Source of the DNA: a virus
Virus record (IMG/VR): IMGVR_UViG_3300021368_000003
Coordinates: 1 to 64,000 of that record
Direction: 5' to 3' (one strand)
Length of the DNA: 64,000 bases
Position numbers and translations under genes: made by a program. Shown here piece after piece: positions 8,292-17,478 of this stretch; within the stretch, counting starts at the first letter, position 1, and each line of letters opens with the position of its first letter. The notes under the pieces were generated by a model that was not told the origin of the DNA, ran no database searches, and was given only the letters and a program-made list of their open reading frames with translations.

Positions 8292-9028
8292 TAGTATTCA
8301 GAATCAGGTTCCAAGGCAACAAACAAGTCAAGTGAACGAACGTCATCTTCTGCACCTTTCTTGATGTTTGCTGTCAGTTTAGCAACCTTCTGAGAATAAA
8401 GCGACACATCGTATGATGCTACAACATTCGACACACGACCACTGCTGTTCACGATGCGAAGATTCTCAGTCTTGACACAGAAGCAGAACTCTTTCTCAGA
8501 TTCACCAAGGTCAACAGTGAAGACATTGCTAGCAGAGTTGCGTTTGTCAGTCACGATGGCATTCAGTTTACCTTCATGTGCAGTGAAGCAGATGTCAGGC
8601 AGACTATACGTCTGAGCAGCAGCAAACATCTTGGTGAAGTCAGCATAGTCAATGGTCACACGCTGAATAGGTTCGCCCAGGTTGGCGATGTTGTCAGGTG
8701 GAGCAGTGATCATGCTCTCGTTGGCATAGTAATACTTCATCTTACTACGTCCAGACCTGATGTTAACCAGGTTCTCTTGGAAATCAATGTCAGTACGATC
8801 AGGTTCACCGCCAGACACGATAGACATTGTGTTCAAGAACACATACAGGTCATAGATAGGTGCCTTGACAGGCATATCCAACTTACCAAATTCAACAACA
8901 CCCATGATGTTCTTGTTATTGGAGATAGTAGACACCCGTTTGCCTGGTTTGAACAGGATACTAGGGTTAATGTTCTTGAAAATGTTCAGAACTTCGTTCT
9001 CATTTTCAGTGATTTTCATACAAGTCAT
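8291..9028 (-). CDS. gp45: Sliding clamp gp45
   Basis: IFKNINPSILFKPG, IYDL..FL, C-terminal ALEPDS; upstream of gp44. Confidence 0.9.
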   Translation of the reverse strand: MTCMKITENENEVLNIFKNINPSILFKPGKRVSTISNNKNIMGVVEFGKLDMPVKAPIYDLYVFLNTMSIVSGGEPDRTDIDFQENLVNIRSGRSKMKYYYANESMITAPPDNIANLGEPIQRVTIDYADFTKMFAAAQTYSLPDICFTAHEGKLNAIVTDKRNSASNVFTVDLGESEKEFCFCVKTENLRIVNSSGRVSNVVASYDVSLYSQKVAKLTANIKKGAEDDVRSLDLFVALEPDSEY

Positions 9029-9318
9029 CGATTAGGGTATTCTTCAATAGTATTGGATTTGTTGTTGAAGTGCATCAACAACACGGCATAGTGTAGCACC
9101 TTCATGATATCACGACGTGCAGTTCCTTTCCGATCGTAGCGAGATGCATACTTCAAGATGTTGCTACGACAGAACGCTTCACCATCACCACATGCATCAA
9201 TCAGATCAAGAGTCTGAATGCTGTCTGGACCAGCAGAATAGTGCTGGTTGTATGTGGAGATAATATATTCTCGGAGTTCCGAAATGGTCTCCTCTTCATT
9301 GTATTTGTTCATAATCAA
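9025..9318 (-). CDS. Conserved hypothetical protein (DUF3310-like)
   Basis: QHY...IQTLDLI...FCRSNILKYASRY..KG...DIMK..HY. Confidence 0.75.
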   Translation of the reverse strand: MIMNKYNEEETISELREYIISTYNQHYSAGPDSIQTLDLIDACGDGEAFCRSNILKYASRYDRKGTARRDIMKVLHYAVLLMHFNNKSNTIEEYPNR

Positions 9319-9902
9319 CAGAACCGTTCTAGTTGCGACGTATAGAGATCAGTGTTAGTTCCACCCGACAGATTGATGATTGAATCACGGACGAATGGGT
9401 TCTGAACATTGGACTGATCCCACCAGTGGATCACCTTACGGATGCCAGAGCGTACAGGTTTGACTCTGTGAATGACACCCGTGGGATACATGCAGGCATA
9501 ACCCGCTGGCAACTTAATACTAATACAAAAGTCGCCAAAACGCAAGTCTAGTTCGCCACCCTCATATTCATCTGGTTCAGACAAGAATAGAGTAGTAGAT
9601 ACATCCAATCGTAGACCGTCACTGCTTGTAACCTCATCAGAATGCCAATCATAACTATCAAGTTTAGAGTATTCTTTATATGTAAACCCTGTTCTAGCAT
9701 TGGAAAGGGTAATTGCTTCATGGTCAGACTTGTCAATCTCTTGGTCTAACCACTCAGCATAGAATGCACCGTAGTCCATTCCCCACCCTTTAATCTCAGA
9801 GCATTGTTTGTTCCAGGTCTCTACTTTATTTTGACCAGGACGACCATAAGAGAGGGCATGTTGAATGCCCTCCCCATCAAGGATCTTTGTGCGATACAGC
9901 AT
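9315..9902 (-). CDS. 2OG-Fe(II) oxygenase, PKHD/PiuC-like hydroxylase
   Basis: YDWHSD, TLFLSEPDEYEGGEL, KLPAG...YP...HRVKPV.SG.R. Confidence 0.88.
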   Translation of the reverse strand: MLYRTKILDGEGIQHALSYGRPGQNKVETWNKQCSEIKGWGMDYGAFYAEWLDQEIDKSDHEAITLSNARTGFTYKEYSKLDSYDWHSDEVTSSDGLRLDVSTTLFLSEPDEYEGGELDLRFGDFCISIKLPAGYACMYPTGVIHRVKPVRSGIRKVIHWWDQSNVQNPFVRDSIINLSGGTNTDLYTSQLERFC

Positions 9903-10984
9903 CAGTCTTTCAGCAATTCGGACTCATCAAGTTCAATCTTAGCATCAATCTTGCTGTACAGTTCAAGGAAAGACTCCTTGGTTTCATCATCGAAACGGTT
10001 GAGGCAGAGTTTGATTGCCTTCACACGGTCGTTGAAGATAGCGAACGCACGAATGATGTGGACAAGACGACGAGTAGAGATCACTTCGTCAACACCACCA
10101 TCCTTGAAAGTCTTACGGATGATCTCTGCCCAGGTGCAGAGGTTCTGGATGTACTCCTCATCACAGCAGTTGAGTTCAGAGCAGTAGTTGTTGAGCATCT
10201 TCGCCTCAGTGGCAAGAGAAGGATAGTCCTGCTCGAAGGTGAGAGGGAAACGCTCCAAGAATGCTTCGTTGAGAACGTTGGTGCCGACGAAACGACCGTC
10301 CTCAGAACCCTTACCCTTGGTGTTTGCAGTAGCAATCACAGTGAAACCAGGTGCAGGGTTGACCTGCTGACCAGTCTTCTTCAAGAACACACCGTTGCCT
10401 TCAAGAATGGATTGGAGGCAGAGGATTTTGTTAGAAGCAAGGTCAATTTCGTCGAGTAGCAGGACTGCTCCCCTCTGGATCGCTTCAAGGACAGGTCCGT
10501 TATGCCAAACAGTGTTCCCATCCACAAGGCGAAACCCACCAATAAGATCGTCTTCATCAGTTTCAACAGTAATGTTTACACGAATAAGTTCACGGTTCAG
10601 TTGAGCACATGCTTGCTCGACTCCGAACGTTTTGCCGTTTCCAGAAAGTCCAGTAATAAAGATAGGGTAGAAGAGTTTGGACTTAACAATCCTCTTAACA
10701 TCTGCAAAGTTGCCAAAGGGTACATACTTGGAGTCCTTAGAAGGTACAAGGTTCTTGACAGCAGTCATGGTCTGGAAAGTCTGTTCGAGTTTTTCAGCAA
10801 CAGTCAGGTTCCACTTGCCAATACCTGCTTTGTAATCTTTCAGACGCTTCTTCACAGTCGCCATGCTGCAACCGAAGTGATCAGCGGCGGTGAGAAGTTG
10901 AGCGTTACCGACCTGTTCTCCATGAGCGCCAGAGAGAAATTCAACGATTTGTTCAGTGGTGACAGGATGAGGAGCGAAGGTCAT
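9902..10984 (-). CDS. cobS: CobS-like/MoxR-type AAA+ ATPase
   Basis: Walker A GLSGNGKT, LLLDEID, ATANTKG, LNEAFLERF. Confidence 0.9.
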   Translation of the reverse strand: MTFAPHPVTTEQIVEFLSGAHGEQVGNAQLLTAADHFGCSMATVKKRLKDYKAGIGKWNLTVAEKLEQTFQTMTAVKNLVPSKDSKYVPFGNFADVKRIVKSKLFYPIFITGLSGNGKTFGVEQACAQLNRELIRVNITVETDEDDLIGGFRLVDGNTVWHNGPVLEAIQRGAVLLLDEIDLASNKILCLQSILEGNGVFLKKTGQQVNPAPGFTVIATANTKGKGSEDGRFVGTNVLNEAFLERFPLTFEQDYPSLATEAKMLNNYCSELNCCDEEYIQNLCTWAEIIRKTFKDGGVDEVISTRRLVHIIRAFAIFNDRVKAIKLCLNRFDDETKESFLELYSKIDAKIELDESELLKD

Positions 10985-11003
10985 GTTTGTTTGTTTGTTT
11001 GTT
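10985..11003. repeat. (GTTT)n tandem repeat forming a (CAAA)n 5' leader of cobS
   Basis: gtttgtttgtttgtttgtt directly abuts the cobS ATG. Confidence 0.85.
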
Positions 11004-11011
11004 ATGTAATA

Positions 11012-11069
11012 ATGATACCAAGAAAAAAACCCCCTGTAAGGGGGTAGTGGACACTATGCGATCTGTCCC
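11012..11069 (-). promoter_or_regulatory. Cyanophage early-type promoter of cobS
   Basis: GGACA-N10-TGTCC palindrome (11049-11068), GC hairpin, then TGG-TATCAT extended -10; same layout at 13250-13310. Confidence 0.6.
11023..11045 (-). terminator. Intrinsic terminator after the VWA-peptidase gene
   Basis: Minus strand ACCCCC-TTACA-GGGGGT followed by a T-run. Confidence 0.75.
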
Positions 11070-13228
11070 ACAAAGGATGAAAGCATGATCCTGTTGATGC
11101 CCTTGGACTTCAAGGACTTAACGAATGCAGACTTGATCTGAGACTTGGTTGCGTTCTCCACAACAGTCATCTCTGTGTCCTCAGAAGCACCACCAGCGAT
11201 CACATAGAGTTCACTGTAAGAAGTACCCTTGATCACAGCAGACTTTCTCTTCCTGAACTGCTTAGTAACCTTCTCACGATCTTCGTACCTAACGCCGAGG
11301 TGATACCTCATGTACTGCTCCAAGGCACGACCCTTACAGATTCTGAATCCAAGGATGTTGCTCTCAGGGTATACCTCCCTGAGGTTCTTGATGAGTTGGT
11401 TAGTTGCCTCAGACTGACTATCTGTGATAGCAGGGAAGTAACGACCCTGACGACGGATGACAACGTTAGGACTGTGGTAAGAAGGATAGACTCTGGCGTC
11501 ATCTTCGTACCTAGAAGTACGACCAGTTGCCATGGACTGTGACTCACCATCAGTCAAGATAAGTAGGTGACACTTCTCAACATTGTTCTGTGACTTCCAC
11601 TTACCAAGGAATGACTCCATGACAATCAGTGCATCATTCAGAGGAGTACCACCAAGACCCATGAACCTAGGAGGACGAGGTGTGAAGCAGAAAGACCTGC
11701 GATTACCGTAGTAGTAAGCAACACGGTAGAGATACTTGCAGTGCTGATTGAATACCTTCTGGTTCACAGTGCTGGTAAGAAGGTTGACAAGTTTGAAACG
11801 ATTGTCAATCCAGAGTTCACCTTCCTTGTTGCTAGACACAGGAGTGATCTCACCTGGTTGATCACCATTCAAGAGAGACATACCAGGATCACAGACGAAT
11901 GAATACACATCGAAAGGAATACCAACCTTCTTGCAGAACTGAGCGAGGTTGATGACCTGCTTCACAGTGTCAAACAATTCGTCACACATAGAACCAGACC
12001 AGTCAAGAAGGAATACAAGACCGTGATTCTTGCCGTCAGGAGTACGAGTAACCTTCTTGAAAAGATCTTCGTTGTACTTGTAGGTGTGCAACTTGGACAT
12101 ATCAAGAACACCAGTACGAGATGTAGTGGCACGAGCATGTGCAGTTGCAGACTTACGGCACTCAAACTCCTTGACAAGGTAGTTTACATCCTTAGAAGAC
12201 TTGGTGCAGAACTCAACGAAGTCAGAATCAACCTGAGTGAACGGATCAGTAGGATGATCCTCTGCTGGATACTGGTTTGCCCAGTCAGATACAGCGTCTT
12301 CCCATACAAGGTGAGCAGGAACTACGACTTTCTTATGGTTGATCTTCGGATAGGAAGCGTAAGTGATCTCGCCAGCATAAGTTGAAGACAGATCTTCTGC
12401 CTTTGAATCAAAAGAAGACTGAGTGCGAACCTCATCGATGGACGGGTCACCGTACATATCGTTCTTCTGGGTGCCGAAACCCTCTTCGTCTTCTTCGTCT
12501 TGATCTTCGTCTTGGTCTTTCTCATAGGATGGTGTTTCTAGGTCAGCGTCGTCTGACTTCTTAGCAGGACGATCCATAGGATCATCATCAGTAAACCAAG
12601 GACGTTCCTCGGACTGTTGCTCAGACTCATCTCCACCACCAGTAGCATTAGGTTTAACAGGAGCAGAGATCTTAGTTTCCTGCTTCTCTTGCTCTTCCTT
12701 CATGTACTCGTAAATAGCAACCGCAGCAGCAACTGCTTCCTCAAATGTTTCAGCAGCGCCCACAGCGTCTCTGAGAGGGGTCTCAGAGGATGCAAATGGC
12801 ATCATAGAATATGCGCCAATCTTGAAGTGGAGGTTGATACGATCGACCAGAGGGAGTAGTTCGAGATCTTCATCCTTGATAGAAAAGAAGTCATCCTGAT
12901 CAAGTTCTTCGTAACCCCTGAAAAAGTCTTTGGAAAGACCAGGGTACTTACGTTTCATAAGTTTCTCGATACGAGCATCCTCAGTCACATTGATGTATGA
13001 CTTAGGGCATCCACAATCTGAAAGATCGGTGTTCGGTGTGTAGAGGGCGTGTCCGACCTCATGACCGACGAGCAGGTTGTATACAGTATTACTTGCCTTA
13101 GACCACATAGGGAGTGTGAGCACACGCTTCTCCACGTTGAAGGAGGCAGTCTGAACTTGCTTGTGCTCAACCAAGAGGTTCTCTGTCGCGAGGAGGCGGG
13201 CAAGAGATCCTTTGATTTCAATGTTCAT
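11054..13228 (-). CDS. Metallopeptidase-like (HExxH) plus VWA domain protein, CobT-like partner
   Basis: HEVGH; acidic linker; MIDAS DWSGS...GGTPL...LTDGES; adjacent to the AAA ATPase. Confidence 0.87.
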   Translation of the reverse strand: MNIEIKGSLARLLATENLLVEHKQVQTASFNVEKRVLTLPMWSKASNTVYNLLVGHEVGHALYTPNTDLSDCGCPKSYINVTEDARIEKLMKRKYPGLSKDFFRGYEELDQDDFFSIKDEDLELLPLVDRINLHFKIGAYSMMPFASSETPLRDAVGAAETFEEAVAAAVAIYEYMKEEQEKQETKISAPVKPNATGGGDESEQQSEERPWFTDDDPMDRPAKKSDDADLETPSYEKDQDEDQDEEDEEGFGTQKNDMYGDPSIDEVRTQSSFDSKAEDLSSTYAGEITYASYPKINHKKVVVPAHLVWEDAVSDWANQYPAEDHPTDPFTQVDSDFVEFCTKSSKDVNYLVKEFECRKSATAHARATTSRTGVLDMSKLHTYKYNEDLFKKVTRTPDGKNHGLVFLLDWSGSMCDELFDTVKQVINLAQFCKKVGIPFDVYSFVCDPGMSLLNGDQPGEITPVSSNKEGELWIDNRFKLVNLLTSTVNQKVFNQHCKYLYRVAYYYGNRRSFCFTPRPPRFMGLGGTPLNDALIVMESFLGKWKSQNNVEKCHLLILTDGESQSMATGRTSRYEDDARVYPSYHSPNVVIRRQGRYFPAITDSQSEATNQLIKNLREVYPESNILGFRICKGRALEQYMRYHLGVRYEDREKVTKQFRKRKSAVIKGTSYSELYVIAGGASEDTEMTVVENATKSQIKSAFVKSLKSKGINRIMLSSFVGQIA

Positions 13229-13249
13229 GTTCAGTTCGTTTGGTATGTA

Positions 13250-13310
13250 CTTAGTATAAAACCCTCTGGACCAAAATCCAGAGGGAGTGTACCAGTTATT
13301 TTATTGTCCC
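13250..13310 (-). promoter_or_regulatory. Early-type promoter with terminator-like hairpin
   Basis: Minus strand GGGACA...ACTGGTACAC, hairpin CCCTCTGGA-TTTTGG-TCCAGAGGG-TTTT, -10 TATACT. Confidence 0.6.
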
Positions 13311-13675
13311 TCCTGATATGAGTGAGGGTCCTCGTCCAGTGGTCTGATGAAATCAGCACGGACAATCTCTTGGCAGTTCATTGCTTCCATCATATAGTTC
13401 ACCGCTGCATCAGGAATTGCTTTGGTGCCACAAGTGAAAACATCACATACTGCCATGAGTTTCTCTGGCCAAGTATGAATACTGATATGACTTTCAGCAA
13501 GGAGAGCAACAGCAGTAACACCGAAGGGTGAGAACTTGTGTGATGTGATGTCCAGCAGTTCAGCATTTGCCATGACTGTGGCATTAGCAAGCATCGTTCT
13601 CACATGCGCTTCATCATCCAAGAGGTGATAGGCGCACCCCTTCATAGTGAAGAGGATATGTTTCATTGTGCTCAT
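13301..13675 (-). CDS. speD: S-adenosylmethionine decarboxylase proenzyme
   Basis: HKFSPFGVT, self-cleavage AESHISIHTWPE, DVFTCG. Confidence 0.95.
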   Translation of the reverse strand: MSTMKHILFTMKGCAYHLLDDEAHVRTMLANATVMANAELLDITSHKFSPFGVTAVALLAESHISIHTWPEKLMAVCDVFTCGTKAIPDAAVNYMMEAMNCQEIVRADFIRPLDEDPHSYQEGQ

Positions 13676-15390
13676 TCATCTGCTCCAACTTTCATTGTTG
13701 AGAAATCTCCGTTCTTTTCAAACTCAATCACTCTTTCAAATTTGTCGAGAAGAACCTCACCTTTGTGTGAAATGACAAACATGTTAGTTCTATCAGACAT
13801 ACTACGCAAGATCTTCATGAGTTCATCCGTTGCGGATTGATCAAGGGATGAATCGAAGACCTCATCCAGTAGGAGCAGGTTGGTTGACACACTGTTTTTC
13901 AGTTTGGCAACCTCTCTCCATGTAAACAATAGTGCTAGATCAATCTTCTGTTTCTCACCCTCGGAGAAGGATGAGTATGAAAAGTCATCACGGAATCGTG
14001 AGAGGATCTTTTCGTTAAAGTTATCATCCAGCGTGAAGTTCACATAGAAGTCCATGCTGTGCAGGTATTTATTTATTCGTTGGTTGATAAGAGGGATGAA
14101 CTTACTGATGATTTTGGTTTTGATACCGCCATCTTTCAGGAGTTCCCCAACAGTTTTTAAGTGATCCGCCTGCTTGTTTATATTAGAGCATCCTTCTTGT
14201 TTTTTGTCAAGATCACCCTTCATTCTCAACAAATCTTGACGTTCACCTTCAAGGTTAGTTGAATCACTACCAACCTCAGTGAGGATAGAAGTGTTTTCTT
14301 TCAACAACCTAGTGCTCTCTTTGGTGAGATTAGCAATCTCATAGCGATAACCATTGATCTGCTCTGCTTTGTCTCGGAGATCTTTTACTGTCTTCTCGAA
14401 CTTCTGGATCTCCATTGTAATTTGGGAGTGTCCGTCTGTAAGAGTGATACACTTCTGGTTAAGTTCCGCTTGCTTGTCAATACGAAACGTTTGATCGATC
14501 TCCTGAGTGCATGTCGGGCACGTATGATTGTTGAGAAAAAAATCGTACTGCTTACGGGTATCATTGAACTTACTTTTAAGTTTAGTACGCATCTCTTTGA
14601 ACTTTTCATGCTTCTCAACAGCACGATCGAGTTCAGCGATTTGCGGGGTAAGTTTATCACACTCTTTATCTAAACGTTTGATTTCATCTTTGATCGCAAA
14701 CATACGAGATTCATTCTCGTCAAACTTTTGTTGCTTCTTACTGGTGTTATTAGCATCAACCTTCTCCAAGTTCGAGATATTACGAACCTGCATGTCAACT
14801 TTCTGTTGTGCAACGTCTAGTTCATATTCACACTGACGTTGTTCTTCTTTAATAGTCTTGACTCTCTCTTTCAGGAGAGTATTCATCTGAGAAAAGATCT
14901 GGATGTCTAGAATATCTTCGATAACTTCTCTTCGATTAGGAGCATTAAGCTGCATAAAAGGAACAAAAGTGCTACTGCCGAGAATAACAACCTGAGTGAA
15001 AGATTTGTAGTTAAGTTTAAGTACACTCTGTTCCAGGTATTTCTGATAGTCTTTTGCTGCTGCGTCTTGATCGACAAGTTTTCCGTTTCGGTAGATTTCA
15101 AAGACCGAGGGTTTCATACCACGGACTATCTTATAAGAGATGCTGCCAATTTGTAGCTCAACTTCAACTACAAGTTCGCGTTCGTTGACAGAGTTGATCA
15201 GTTGACTCTTACTAATCTTCCTGAATGGTTTGTTAAACAACCCAAAACAAAGAGCGTCAAGAATTGTACTCTTGCCCGCTCCGTTGTTACCAATGATTAG
15301 GGATGATGTAGTACCGTTTAGATCTACCTCAGTGAACTGCTGTCCAGTAGACAGGAGGTTCTTCCAACGGATTTTCTCAAAAACAATCAT
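13672..15390 (-). CDS. gp46: Recombination endonuclease subunit gp46 (Rad50-like)
   Basis: GNNGAGKST, zinc hook CPTC, FSEGEK signature, LLLDE, ISH. Confidence 0.96.
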   Translation of the reverse strand: MIVFEKIRWKNLLSTGQQFTEVDLNGTTSSLIIGNNGAGKSTILDALCFGLFNKPFRKISKSQLINSVNERELVVEVELQIGSISYKIVRGMKPSVFEIYRNGKLVDQDAAAKDYQKYLEQSVLKLNYKSFTQVVILGSSTFVPFMQLNAPNRREVIEDILDIQIFSQMNTLLKERVKTIKEEQRQCEYELDVAQQKVDMQVRNISNLEKVDANNTSKKQQKFDENESRMFAIKDEIKRLDKECDKLTPQIAELDRAVEKHEKFKEMRTKLKSKFNDTRKQYDFFLNNHTCPTCTQEIDQTFRIDKQAELNQKCITLTDGHSQITMEIQKFEKTVKDLRDKAEQINGYRYEIANLTKESTRLLKENTSILTEVGSDSTNLEGERQDLLRMKGDLDKKQEGCSNINKQADHLKTVGELLKDGGIKTKIISKFIPLINQRINKYLHSMDFYVNFTLDDNFNEKILSRFRDDFSYSSFSEGEKQKIDLALLFTWREVAKLKNSVSTNLLLLDEVFDSSLDQSATDELMKILRSMSDRTNMFVISHKGEVLLDKFERVIEFEKNGDFSTMKVGADE

Positions 15391-15650
15391 GTATCGTTAG
15401 GTGGGAAAACAATCTGGTCAGGTTGAATAATAGTATATTGATATCCATAGGAGGTACAGTTCTCTTTGACTATCTCCTCTTCTACTTCCATAATTTCAAG
15501 TTGACGTGAGTAATCATTGGCAATCAAATACCCATGATAACGTTCGGCGTCATCCTCTTCAAGAAACAACTGGACAACGCGCTCGCCGTCTTGGTTGTCA
15601 TCCCGAACAGCATACACACCCCCACTGCTTTTGTCAACTAAAACGTACAT
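15387..15650 (-). CDS. Conserved hypothetical protein (DUF3110-like)
   Basis: G.YAV...V.LF.EEDDAERY...L; between gp47 and gp46. Confidence 0.75.
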   Translation of the reverse strand: MYVLVDKSSGGVYAVRDDNQDGERVVQLFLEEDDAERYHGYLIANDYSRQLEIMEVEEEIVKENCTSYGYQYTIIQPDQIVFPPNDT

Positions 15651-16690
15651 CAGACTCTTTGCGCTTCTACATATAGTGATTTAAGTATACCGAAAACTTC
15701 ATCCTTGTTGTCGATTTCGCTTACACACTTATGTAGAATACTCAGAGTATCCTCTGTCTCGATAGACTCGTCCACTTCATCCAGGACAATGAAGTTATCC
15801 TCTATAACTTTGAGATCAACAGGATCAGCATCGACAATCTTTTTGAATGTCTTGTCGAACAGAACTTGATCTTCTTTCTTCTCTACAATAAGTTTGACGT
15901 AAGATCCTTTCAAAGATTTGTAATTGATCTTTGCGGTCTCATCATCCCTATACCAGATCTTATTGAACATGGTATTAGGGTTCTTAACGAAGGTAAGTTT
16001 TTTGGTATCTGTATTTAGTACATGGAACCCTCTGTCACAACCGTAATCATTCCAGTACAGTTGGTACGGATTACCGAGGTATGTGATGTTACCTTTGGTA
16101 GAACGGTGGTGATAATGACCACTACACACTAGATCAAATTTGGAGAACATGTTCGGGTCATCCCCATGTTCCATGGTGTATCCAGGAATAGGATCAAAAT
16201 TATTAAGTTCAAGATGCCCCAGACAGACAGTTGCAGAAGAATCTGCCACCGCTCGCTCGGACTGATCTCTATTTGTAGGACAAATCCAAGGCAGAAGAAG
16301 TACAGAAAGATCAGAATACCGTAGTTCAGTAGGATCAGAGATGACAGTGATGTTGTCGTAGTCTTGCAGGAGTAACTCTGGACTATTAACTCTGAGAGTA
16401 TTCTTGTAGTAAATATCATGATTACCTACAAGCATGTCCATGTGTACTCCTCGTTCTGCCAGAGGAGTGAACCACATCCGCTTAGCAGCATCAAGAGAAA
16501 CGTAGTTGATAGACTTACGTTTATCGAAAGTATCTCCCAAGCAAATGACATTGGTAATCTTGTGCTTATCAATGTAGGGAAGTACCGTACCCTCATAGAA
16601 GGCACGGTACTTGTCAAGATATGCTGGACTGTCATTACGAACACCGAAGTGTTGGTCAGTGATTAACAGTATTTTCATCGGTGACCCCAC
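15650..16690 (-). CDS. gp47: Recombination endonuclease subunit gp47 (Mre11-like; start probably ATG 16678)
   Basis: DQHFG, LGDTFD, GNHD, GHLE, SGHYH phosphoesterase motifs. Confidence 0.96.
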   Translation of the reverse strand: MGSPMKILLITDQHFGVRNDSPAYLDKYRAFYEGTVLPYIDKHKITNVICLGDTFDKRKSINYVSLDAAKRMWFTPLAERGVHMDMLVGNHDIYYKNTLRVNSPELLLQDYDNITVISDPTELRYSDLSVLLLPWICPTNRDQSERAVADSSATVCLGHLELNNFDPIPGYTMEHGDDPNMFSKFDLVCSGHYHHRSTKGNITYLGNPYQLYWNDYGCDRGFHVLNTDTKKLTFVKNPNTMFNKIWYRDDETAKINYKSLKGSYVKLIVEKKEDQVLFDKTFKKIVDADPVDLKVIEDNFIVLDEVDESIETEDTLSILHKCVSEIDNKDEVFGILKSLYVEAQRV

Positions 16691-16865
16691 GCGCTACATC
16701 ATATTCTACCACAAGTTGCACCGTATCTTTACCGTATGAAGAAACCGTACGTTTAGAGTACGATTTACCGCCTGTGAGATCTGAAAGTTCTGCGAGAAGT
16801 TCAGCGATACGGTCTTTCTGAATACCTCTACCACGCCAGTAGTCTGACATATAAGACTTATGCAT
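16656..16865 (-). CDS. Hypothetical protein
   Basis: 69-aa ORF coupled between gp55 and gp47. Confidence 0.6.
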   Translation of the reverse strand: MHKSYMSDYWRGRGIQKDRIAELLAELSDLTGGKSYSKRTVSSYGKDTVQLVVEYDVARGVTDENTVNH

Positions 16866-17356
16866 TAGGAGTACCTGGTGTTAGTTTCCACTCTGGACTT
16901 AATGTAGTTCATATCACTCATGTTGTCAAGGTCGTCTGTGTGGAAGACCTCTTCAAATCCTTTTCGTTCCAGAATCTTTTCTCGGATTGCTTGTTGCCGC
17001 TTCTCCTTAGCAATCCTTCTGAGATATGCATAGTACACAATCTGTGTGAAGTATGCAAACGGGTTGGACGATTTATCGGGATCGAAGTTATGAATATACT
17101 GAATACAATTCTCAATACCATCACCAATCATGTCCTCTCGGTACATGTAGTTGATGAAGTTTGGACGATACGATAGGTGTGTTGCGATCTTCAAGAAGCA
17201 ATCACCAATATAATTAGACACACGAGGTTTAGGTTGACCTGCCTCTGCTGCCTGAGCGCACTTGTTACGATAGATAATCAGTTCATGAAGGAACTGTTTG
17301 TTATCTACATAGTGTTCTTTCTTTTTGGTGGACTTCCGTGGCATTAGTACCGACAT
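16865..17356 (-). CDS. gp55: Late transcription sigma factor gp55
   Basis: HYVDNK, YIG.CFLKIA..LS.RPNF.NY..REDMI.DG.EN, NPFAYFTQI. Confidence 0.96.
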   Translation of the reverse strand: MSVLMPRKSTKKKEHYVDNKQFLHELIIYRNKCAQAAEAGQPKPRVSNYIGDCFLKIATHLSYRPNFINYMYREDMIGDGIENCIQYIHNFDPDKSSNPFAYFTQIVYYAYLRRIAKEKRQQAIREKILERKGFEEVFHTDDLDNMSDMNYIKSRVETNTRYS

Positions 17357-17379
17357 AAAGGTTGTTCACGGTTGACATA

Positions 17380-17409
17380 ATGTTAACACTTTCACACCCC
17401 AATCGTCAA
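17380..17409 (-). promoter_or_regulatory. sigma70-type promoter of gp55
   Basis: TTGACG-N18-TAACAT with extended -10 TG. Confidence 0.65.
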
Positions 17410-17413
17410 GAGC

Positions 17414-17442
17414 TTGACAAGATGATCAATAATAATTATACT
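17414..17442 (+). promoter_or_regulatory. sigma70-type promoter pointing antisense into the late block
   Basis: TTGACA-N17-TATACT; no convincing plus-strand gene downstream. Confidence 0.7.
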
Positions 17443-17478
17443 CAACACTGTAAGGGTTCAGAGACACAGTATAGCTAG

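Noticed and set aside
9902-10984. Cobalamin biosynthesis role for cobS
   Set aside because: No cobN or other cob genes in the window; the VWA-peptidase partner points to a chaperone-type pair
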